Shown here one piece after another: positions 16,318-22,734 of a stretch of 26,526 nt of DNA (positions are counted from its first letter, which is position 1; each line of letters opens with the position of its first letter). A program made the translations under genes and the position numbers. The notes under the pieces are model-generated. The model had not been told where the DNA came from. It saw only the letters and a program-made list of their open reading frames with translations, and did not search any database. The stretch is from the NCBI GenBank assembly GCA_017430155.1, contig JAFRNO010000625.1, positions 1 through 26,526 of the forward strand, read 5' to 3'. Source of the DNA: Kiritimatiellia bacterium (GTDB lineage Bacteria > Verrucomicrobiota > Kiritimatiellia > RFP12 > UBA1067).

Positions 16318-19300
16318 TCCGGGGATCCTCCTTGTCGACGACGACCTTGTAGAACTTCTTCGCCTCGTCCGGGTCGAAGGTGATGGCCAGGTCCACCTCG
16401 CCGTCCGCCGTCGCGTACACGAGCCCGTCGCCCTCGTAGCCGGCCTGCATCTTCTCCACCGTGGCCCACGGGCCGGCCAGCTCGTTCGCCGCGTAGAGCG
16501 AGTAGTAGTAGCCCTTGTGGCCGTTCGCGACCTTCGCCTCGACCGTCAGCGTGCCGTCGTCGTTCGCGTAGATCGTGAGCAGCTGCTCGCCGTCCGGCGG
16601 CACGGGGATGAGCTCCTCCTCGGGGACGTCCTCGTTCGGATCCTCCTCCTCCGCGACTTCAAGCTGCCAGACCCAGATGAGCGTCATGTCCTCGGAGACC
16701 TTGAAGCCAGCTCCCGAGCCGTCGCCCTCGTCGCTCGTCTCGTCGACAAACCAGCCCACGCAGCGCCACACGCCGCCCGTCGCGTCCACGACCGGACTCG
16801 GAATGGAGAAGCCCACCGTAATGGCCGGCACGTCGGCCGATTCGCCGTCGGCGAGGGAAATGGCCTGGCCCGGCACGGCGACCACCTTCGTCGCGGGGAC
16901 CGTGGCCACGTCCTCGAACGGATACAGGGCCTGCGGCTCTCCGTCCTCGTCCAGCTCAAGCGCATAGGACAGGACCGTCACCGTGTTCGTCTCGGCCGGC
17001 GCGTAGGCCGAACCCGACCCGCGGCGGAAGTTGGCCTGCACGGACACCGGCGCGAGGCAGTCCGAGACGAGCATGAGGCCCGCGGCGGACACGCCCTCCA
17101 CGAGTCCGATCTCCTTCCGGCCGTCGCCGCCGACCCACGACTCGAAGACGAAGCCGCCGGCCACGTCGGGCTCGGCCGTGAACGTGGCCGTCGCGCCGTA
17201 GGGATACCAGCCGCTCCCCGGCGTCACCTTGTTGTTCCTGCCGCCGCCGTTGATATTGTACACTTTGACCGTGACGTAGACCGCGTTCGTCTTCACCGAC
17301 CAGAGAAGCGAGACGACGTCGTTCGTGGCCACCGTGAACGTGGCCGTCGCCCCGGACCCCTTCTGCACCGCGCCGGTCGTCTCGTTCGTGAGCGTCCAGC
17401 CCGAACAGGTCAGCACCACGCCCGCCGTCTCGTTCGTGAGTTCGGAGAGCGACTTCACCGTCACCGACTGCCCGTCCTTTCTGAACGCGTTCACGTACTC
17501 GCCCGCCGCCGGCGTCTCCTCGACCGTGTTCGTGGCGCCCTCGTAGGTAATCGTGAAGAGCGGCGTCCCGTTCTCGAACGTGGGCGCCACGATCGCCAGC
17601 TTCGTGTTGCCCGACCGGCGCTGGTAGAGGTCCCAGCCCACGTCGAGCACGGCCTGCACGCGGTCCTCCTCGGTCACGTTCCAGTCGTACGTCAGCATGC
17701 CGTTGGAGGCGAGCCAGCGGTCGGACGCGTCCATCTCCTGCGGCAGGTACACGCCGACGGACGGCGACACGTCGCCCGCCGTGGACCCGGCTTCGCTGTA
17801 GATGTAGACGAACCGGTTCGTGAAGTCGCCCTCGTTCCCCTCGTCGAGGGCGTAGATGTAGTCGAGCACGGCCTGCGTGCCCGCGTCGCCGCCCGTGCCG
17901 CTCACGCGCAGCACGGCCTTGTTCTCGGCCAGCGCCGCGGCGATGGCGTCCTCCAGCCGGAAGCACACGGTCGCGTTGAGGAGCGGCCACGGCATGATCC
18001 AGTCGGGGAGGGCCGGGACGAGCTCGTCGGGGTCGGTCGATTCCGCCGCCGCCGCGCCGATCACGTACTGCGCCTGCTTGCCCATGCACTCGAGCGTGCC
18101 GCCCGACATCGACGCCGGCACGCGCGTGGCGAAGTAGCCGTTCGCGTCGGCGGCGATCACGCGCGTCTCGCCGTTCGTGTCCGTCACGCCCGGCATCGAG
18201 ATCGAGACGCCGGCCATGTTCACCTGGCCGACGACCGGCACGATGTCGTCCGTGTCGTAGCCGAGCATCGTCACGAGGCCGTCCACGACCTCGGAGAGAT
18301 AGTTGCCGCCGCCCACGGTGGCCTTCGTGTCGATGTACGGCAGCGCGTACCAGGCGTCGCCCGAACCGCCCCAGCCCATGAACACGCGCACGCGCTCCAC
18401 GCCGTCCGCATCGATGCCGTAGCCGACGGCCACCACCGAGTGTCCCTCAATGCTCATGCCCACCGGCACGCCCGCCCAGCACTGCGCGTAGATCAGCTTG
18501 CGCATCTGCTCCTCCGTGGGGTTCGCCGAGTAGAAGGCGAGGAAGCGCGAGTTCTTGAAGCCGAAGATTTCCCGGTACGCCTTATCGATGTTGCTCTCGA
18601 ACGCGCCGGACTCGCCGTCCGTCCACATCATCCCCACGCCCACGCCCGCGTCGTAGGCGACGCGGCCGAGCATCTCGCGCTGCTCGCCGGAGAGCTGGTC
18701 GTAGTCCGTGCGCGTCGTGCAGTTCGTGAAGAGGTTCCAGTCGTACGTGCCGCCGATCGTGGCCGCGTCTTTGCCGAAGGTGTCGCTGTAGGGGCTGCCG
18801 TTGTACTGGCAAGCCGGGTTCGCCACGCCGCTCGGGCAGTTCGTGACGCCGAAGAACTGCATCATCGCCGCGGCCGCCGTCGCGACGCAGCCGCACACCG
18901 CGTGGTTCGGCGTGTAGTAGTTGTAGCAGTAGCCGCCGCCGCCCGCGCTCTGGTTCCAGTGCGTGAAGCGCCCGTTCTTCTCAAAGCCGTCGACGACGTT
19001 GATCTGCACCTTGATCTCCTCGACGGCGTCCTTCACGCCCATGAGCGACGCGCCGCCGCCCACGCCGAGGCGCTGCCACTTCGCGCGCTTCACGGCCGCC
19101 CACTCCTGCGCGACGGACGAGACGGGCGACGCGCCCTGCAGCGACGCGCCGGCGGAGTCCTCGGGATAGAGGCCGAGGAAGCGCAGACGCCGACGCATGT
19201 CGCCCGCGAGGATGCCGCGCAGCGGATGCGCCGCAGGCAGCTCGCCGGGATCCTCCTCGAGCGCCGCGACCACGGGCTCGATCTCCGTGACCGGCGCCAC

Positions 19301-19531
19301 GACCACGCAGCCGCCGCCCGTCATCGACACCTGGTGCCACAGCACCGTGTGCGCGGCGTTCGTGTCGCTGACCGTGATCACGGACTGCGCGGACGCCCCC
19401 GCGCCGAACGCGGCGTTGCGCGCCGCCCACGCGTTGGCAGCGGTCATCGCCATTCCGGGCGACACCTCCCCCGCGCACGCGTAACCCGCGGCGAATGCGG
19501 CGACAAGCGCCAAAATAAAGCTCTTCTTCAT
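16307..19531 (-). CDS. Secreted C10-family (streptopain/SpeB-like) cysteine peptidase with accessory domains (~1074 aa)
   Basis: Signal peptide MKKSFILALVAAFAAGYACA and a prodomain-like segment. Catalytic-region motifs WNQ...CGCVATA (Cys), EGHSVVAVGY (His), GWGG. Then a thioredoxin-like segment and beta-repeats (CSGW, SGWYPYGATATFTAEP, CVGW). ATG 19531 is preferred over GTG 19540 on RBS spacing. Confidence 0.85.
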   Translation of the reverse strand: MKKSFILALVAAFAAGYACAGEVSPGMAMTAANAWAARNAAFGAGASAQSVITVSDTNAAHTVLWHQVSMTGGGCVVVAPVTEIEPVVAALEEDPGELPAAHPLRGILAGDMRRRLRFLGLYPEDSAGASLQGASPVSSVAQEWAAVKRAKWQRLGVGGGASLMGVKDAVEEIKVQINVVDGFEKNGRFTHWNQSAGGGGYCYNYYTPNHAVCGCVATAAAAMMQFFGVTNCPSGVANPACQYNGSPYSDTFGKDAATIGGTYDWNLFTNCTTRTDYDQLSGEQREMLGRVAYDAGVGVGMMWTDGESGAFESNIDKAYREIFGFKNSRFLAFYSANPTEEQMRKLIYAQCWAGVPVGMSIEGHSVVAVGYGIDADGVERVRVFMGWGGSGDAWYALPYIDTKATVGGGNYLSEVVDGLVTMLGYDTDDIVPVVGQVNMAGVSISMPGVTDTNGETRVIAADANGYFATRVPASMSGGTLECMGKQAQYVIGAAAAESTDPDELVPALPDWIMPWPLLNATVCFRLEDAIAAALAENKAVLRVSGTGGDAGTQAVLDYIYALDEGNEGDFTNRFVYIYSEAGSTAGDVSPSVGVYLPQEMDASDRWLASNGMLTYDWNVTEEDRVQAVLDVGWDLYQRRSGNTKLAIVAPTFENGTPLFTITYEGATNTVEETPAAGEYVNAFRKDGQSVTVKSLSELTNETAGVVLTCSGWTLTNETTGAVQKGSGATATFTVATNDVVSLLWSVKTNAVYVTVKVYNINGGGRNNKVTPGSGWYPYGATATFTAEPDVAGGFVFESWVGGDGRKEIGLVEGVSAAGLMLVSDCLAPVSVQANFRRGSGSAYAPAETNTVTVLSYALELDEDGEPQALYPFEDVATVPATKVVAVPGQAISLADGESADVPAITVGFSIPSPVVDATGGVWRCVGWFVDETSDEGDGSGAGFKVSEDMTLIWVWQLEVAEEEDPNEDVPEEELIPVPPDGEQLLTIYANDDGTLTVEAKVANGHKGYYYSLYAANELAGPWATVEKMQAGYEGDGLVYATADGEVDLAITFDPDEAKKFYKVVVDKEDPRNDD

Positions 19532-19566
19532 ACGGCTCACCGTCCTATCCAGACAAGCTCAAGCGA

Positions 19567-19584
19567 GGGAAGTGTACACTTCCC
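19567..19584. promoter_or_regulatory. Perfect 18-bp palindrome, operator candidate
   Basis: GGGAAGTGTACACTTCCC lies between the predicted promoter and the peptidase start. Confidence 0.55.
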
Positions 19585-19600
19585 CGAAAATCTGGACGAA

Positions 19601-19628
19601 ATTATACACGGAATCGGCGCGAAAGCAA
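19601..19628 (-). promoter_or_regulatory. Sigma70-type promoter for the peptidase cluster
   Basis: TTGCTT-16 nt-TATAAT in an AT-rich gap. Confidence 0.7.
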
Positions 19629-19638
19629 ATGAAAAAAA

Positions 19639-21306
19639 TCAAATTCTTTCAAGAAATTTTCCTTGACGGCTTCCCGTGAAGGTCCCCGACCGATACGACA
19701 AGACCCCGTTCACGAGCACCGCTTCCATGCCCGAAGCGAACGCGTGTGGTGACATATAGGTGACATTCTCGCGGAAATTCGCCTCTTGCCACACGGCGAG
19801 ATCGGCGTACGCGCCGGGCTTGACGACGCCGCGGTCGCGGATGCCGAAGCGCGCCGCCGGCACGGAGGTCATGCGCCGGATCGCCTCCTCGCGCGAGCAG
19901 ATGCGCGCGTGCCCCTCCACGCCGCCCGTGAGCAGACGGAAGAAACGCGGCATCGTGCCGTAGGCGCGCGGATGCGGATGGTCCTTGCCGAGCGGCCCCC
20001 ACGGCGCGCGCAACGAGGCGTCGCTGCCGGGGACGATCCACGGACGCTCGAGGATCTTCTGCAGGTTCTCCTCGCTCATGCCGAAGAAGAACGCGCCCGT
20101 GCGGCACGCGTCGGCGGCGAGAATATCGCAAATGATCGTGCCGGGGGTGGCCGCGGCTCGCGGGGACGCTCGCCCTCCCATGATTTCATTAATGCTTTTG
20201 CCGCTACATGCGCGAGTCGCTTCAGCCCACGTGCCGCCGATCATCACCGCGGACCAGTCGCGGTCCTGCGCGTCGATCTCCGCGGCGATGCGCGCGCGGG
20301 TCGCGGGATCCTTCAGGCGCTCGATCTCCGCCGCCACGCCGCCCTCGCCCGCCCAGTCGGGAAAGACCACGTCGAGGTCGGTGCCCGCCGCGCAGTAGGG
20401 ATAGCGGTCGCTGCCGAGCAGCTCGCCCGCGCCGACCGCGCGCTCGATCTTCGCGAGCACGTCGTCGATCTTGCCCCAGTTGCGGCGTCCGCTCGTCTTG
20501 AGGTGCGAGATCTCCGCGCGGATGCCCGTCGCGCGCACGAGGTCGAGCACCTCGTCGATCGCCTCGAGGATCGCGTCGCCCTCCGATCGCATGTGCGTGG
20601 CGTAGTAGCCGCCGCGCGCCGCCGCCACGCGCGCGAGCGCCGTCACCTCGGCCGCGTCGGAGTACTTGCCGGGCTGGTAGACGAGGCCCGTCGTGAGGCC
20701 CCATCCCCCGTCGTCGAGCTCGCGCGCGAGGAGGTTCTCCATCGCGCGCAGCGTCTCGGGCGTCGCGCGCACGGCGTCGTAGCCGATCACCGAACTGCGC
20801 AGCGTGTTGTGCCCCACGAACTGCACGGTGTTGATGGCGGGACGCACCTGGTCGAGCAGCGCGCGGTACTCCGCCATCGACCGCCAGGTGGGACCGGGCG
20901 TGCCGTCGCCGCCCGGATACGTCATCGACGCCCAGTCGCTCGAGAGCCGCGCCGCGCCGTAGCGCGGCACGGCGCTGCCGCCGCACTGCCCGTTGATCTC
21001 GGTGGTGATTCCCTGCGACAGCTTCGACGGCGCGTCCGGTTCGATGAGGAGGTAGGTGTCGCTGTGCGCGTGCGCGTCGATGAAGCCGGGCGTCACGAGA
21101 CAGCCCGTGGCGTCGATTGCGGGAATCTGCGAAAGGGGCTTCGGATCGGGACTGGCGGGACTAACGGGACATCCGGGACTAACGGGACTTGCGGGACGCG
21201 GCAATATGTCGGCGATGCGGTCGCCCTCGACCAGCACGTCGGCGGGGAACGCCGCGCGCCCCGTGCCGTCGACGACGAGGCCGTTGCGGATGAGCACACT
21301 AGACAT
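19639..21306 (-). CDS. N-acyl-D-amino-acid deacylase (D-aminoacylase, amidohydrolase superfamily), 555 aa
   Basis: Motifs LIRNGLVVDGTG, PGFIDAHAHSD, GQCG, HMRSEG, ISHLK, DRYPY, GSDA, HPRAYGTMPR, GAYADL. Start overlaps the smpB stop by 8 nt. Confidence 0.9.
   Translation of the reverse strand: MSSVLIRNGLVVDGTGRAAFPADVLVEGDRIADILPRPASPVSPGCPVSPASPDPKPLSQIPAIDATGCLVTPGFIDAHAHSDTYLLIEPDAPSKLSQGITTEINGQCGGSAVPRYGAARLSSDWASMTYPGGDGTPGPTWRSMAEYRALLDQVRPAINTVQFVGHNTLRSSVIGYDAVRATPETLRAMENLLARELDDGGWGLTTGLVYQPGKYSDAAEVTALARVAAARGGYYATHMRSEGDAILEAIDEVLDLVRATGIRAEISHLKTSGRRNWGKIDDVLAKIERAVGAGELLGSDRYPYCAAGTDLDVVFPDWAGEGGVAAEIERLKDPATRARIAAEIDAQDRDWSAVMIGGTWAEATRACSGKSINEIMGGRASPRAAATPGTIICDILAADACRTGAFFFGMSEENLQKILERPWIVPGSDASLRAPWGPLGKDHPHPRAYGTMPRFFRLLTGGVEGHARICSREEAIRRMTSVPAARFGIRDRGVVKPGAYADLAVWQEANFRENVTYMSPHAFASGMEAVLVNGVLSYRSGTFTGSRQGKFLERI
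20155..20178 (-). repeat. GGAG-footed REP-like hairpin inside the D-aminoacylase
   Basis: Minus strand reads GGAG-GGCGAGCG-TCCC-CGCGAGCC, an 8-bp stem with tandem GA/AG mismatch. It encodes GGRASPRA. Confidence 0.6.
21148..21201. repeat. Degenerate 9-bp tandem repeat x6 (GGGACnnnn) in frame in the D-aminoacylase
   Basis: Units are gggactggc, gggactaac, gggacatcc, gggactaac, gggacttgc, gggacgcgg. They encode PRPASPVSPGCPVSPASP. Confidence 0.85.
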
Positions 21307-21766
21307 CGCCGCGTTCCATGTCGCGCTTCAGCGCCTTCTTCTTGAGCGCGTCGCGCTTGTCGTGCAGCGCCTTTCCGCGGCAGACGCCGAGCTCCAGCTT
21401 CACGCGCCCGTTCTTGAGGTAGAGCCGCAACGGCACGAGCGTGAGGCCCTTCGCCTCCGTCTTGAGACGCAGCGCCTCCACTTCCTTCCTGTGCACGAGC
21501 AGCTTGCGGTTCTGCTGGGGACGGTGGTTGAACCGGTTGCCGAACGCGTACACGGGGATGTTCATCTGCACGACGTACAGCTCGCCGCCCAGCACCGCGC
21601 CGTACGAACCGGAAAGAGAGGCCTCGCCGTTGCGCACCACCTTCACCTCGGTGCCCGAAAGCACGATGCCGCACTCGATTTTGTCGAGAACGGCATAGTC
21701 GTGCCAGGCCCGGCGGTTGACGGTCAAGTCGCCTGCGGGGACCTTCTTCTTTTTCTTGTCGGCCAT
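21299..21766 (-). CDS. smpB: SsrA-binding protein
   Basis: Motifs NRRAWHDY, GIVLSGTEVK, RKLLVHRKE, TLVPLRLY, GKALHDKR. ATG overlaps the rpoZ TGA (TGATG); GTG at 21769 is an alternative start. Confidence 0.97.
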   Translation of the reverse strand: MADKKKKKVPAGDLTVNRRAWHDYAVLDKIECGIVLSGTEVKVVRNGEASLSGSYGAVLGGELYVVQMNIPVYAFGNRFNHRPQQNRKLLVHRKEVEALRLKTEAKGLTLVPLRLYLKNGRVKLELGVCRGKALHDKRDALKKKALKRDMERGDV

Positions 21767-22041
21767 CACTCGGCGAAGATGGACTTCAGCGCCGCGTGCT
21801 TCGAATGGCGCGTCTTCGCGTCCTCCGCACGCGCGATCGCGTCGAAGTCGATCTCGGAAATGAGCTTGCCCTCGGCGACCTCGCGCAGCGCGGTGTCAAC
21901 CTTGTCCTCTTCAGACGACTCCGGCATCACAAGCGGCTTCTCGCCCGCAATGAGCTGCTTCTCCCGCTTCGAGATGAGGTTCACGAGAACCGGCACCGAC
22001 GGGACGCGTTCATGGGCTTTTTTCAAAAATTCAATATTCAT
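21766..22041 (-). CDS. rpoZ: RNA polymerase omega subunit
   Basis: 91 aa with LVNLISKR..QL..G.KPLV and TALREVAEGKL, typical omega motifs. SD GGAGG upstream. Confidence 0.85.
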   Translation of the reverse strand: MNIEFLKKAHERVPSVPVLVNLISKREKQLIAGEKPLVMPESSEEDKVDTALREVAEGKLISEIDFDAIARAEDAKTRHSKHAALKSIFAE

Positions 22042-22071
22042 GATTCCTCCGCTGTTGAAAAGGAGTTAGAT

Positions 22072-22100
22072 AGTATACCTTTTTTCTCGCCCGAAAGCAA
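22072..22100 (-). promoter_or_regulatory. Sigma70-type promoter for rpoZ-smpB
   Basis: TTGCTT-17 nt-TATACT. Confidence 0.75.
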
Positions 22101-22111
22101 GGGGGAATGAA

Positions 22112-22507
22112 TCAATTGAATGGAACGCCATTCTTGTCAGTAGTCGTGATGCAAGCCTCTATGATGGCCCATACCCAGACGACGAGCGAAGAGATGCCGC
22201 ACGTAAATGACCCCCCGAGAACCGATATCAGGAGCTGCGTAACACCACGTTCCATATATCCGGCGTAGAAGTTGTGGATGCCGAGTCCACCCAGGAAAAT
22301 CGCCAGCAGCACGTAGGCGATCCGGCTTTTGGGCGGTACGTTCAGCACCATGTTCGTCGCAGGCTGGGGCGCGGCATACGCACCCCCCGCCGGAAAGGTA
22401 GGGGGGACAGGAGCCTGCGGAACAGGCCCGGCCTTCACCGCCGCGCCACAAACCGAACAAAATGACGATCCTGGCAGCACTTCGTTATTACATCTTTCGC
22501 ACTTCAC
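22112..22507 (-). CDS. Zinc-ribbon + TM2-domain membrane protein (131 aa)
   Basis: CERC...FCSVCG zinc ribbon, Pro/Ala linker, then KSRIAYVLLAIFLGGLGIHNFYAG (TM2 signature). GTG start with SD AAGGAG. Confidence 0.88.
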   Translation of the reverse strand: MKCERCNNEVLPGSSFCSVCGAAVKAGPVPQAPVPPTFPAGGAYAAPQPATNMVLNVPPKSRIAYVLLAIFLGGLGIHNFYAGYMERGVTQLLISVLGGSFTCGISSLVVWVWAIIEACITTTDKNGVPFN

Positions 22508-22553
22508 TTTTCGTTCTCCTTTTCGCCTTCTGAGGGTCAGACAAAACGCGGTC

Positions 22554-22583
22554 AGTTTATCATATTATGTATCGTGAAGTCAA
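22554..22583 (-). promoter_or_regulatory. Sigma70-type promoter for the TM2 gene
   Basis: TTGACT-18 nt-TAAACT with an extended -10 TG. Confidence 0.55.
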
Positions 22584-22589
22584 TCTGGC

Positions 22590-22633
22590 AAAAAACGAAA
22601 ACCGAACCGCTGGGTTTCGGTTCGGTTTCGTTC
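22590..22633 (-). terminator. Intrinsic terminator
   Basis: Minus strand stem AACCGAACCG / loop AAACCCAG / CGGTTCGGTT, followed by TTCGTTTTTT. Confidence 0.8.
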
Positions 22634-22681
22634 AACAAGGTAACAAATGAAGTTTTCGGAGCAGGAGTCTCACCCGCGTCC
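22590..22681 (-). ncRNA. Candidate ~92-nt small RNA
   Basis: TATACT box at 22692-22687, a 5' hairpin with 7-nt loop UGAGACU, a U-rich middle and a strong terminator. No minus-strand ORF inside. Confidence 0.4.
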
Positions 22682-22686
22682 ACAAG

Positions 22687-22719
22687 AGTATATGCGGGGA
22701 TGACAAACCGCTGACAAAC
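22687..22719 (-). promoter_or_regulatory. Candidate promoter with 11-bp-period direct repeat
   Basis: GTTTGTCA-GCG-GTTTGTCA, then 8 nt, then TATACT. An AT-rich tract lies upstream. Confidence 0.45.
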
Positions 22720-22734
22720 TTTTTCAAAAAAATT

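Noticed and set aside
19632-19668. Terminator after the D-aminoacylase
   Set aside because: A U-run is present but the upstream stem is weak, AT-rich and too distant.
22647-22703. Plus-strand 18-aa ORF MKFSEQESHPRPQEYMRG with AAGG upstream, antisense to the candidate sRNA (type I toxin-antitoxin idea)
   Set aside because: The peptide is hydrophilic, unlike type I toxins, and there is no convincing plus-strand promoter. Ribosome profiling would settle it.
22666-22710. Resemblance to a type I-E CRISPR repeat (CGGTTT..ATCCCCGCATA...CGCGGG.GAGAC) split by 12 nt
   Set aside because: Single interrupted copy with no spacers or cas genes. The same bases are better explained by the promoter and the T-loop hairpin.
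21299-22720. Intact tmRNA or tRNA gene near smpB
   Set aside because: No acceptor 5' strand, D-arm, tag reading frame or CCA end found; only a T-arm-like hairpin.
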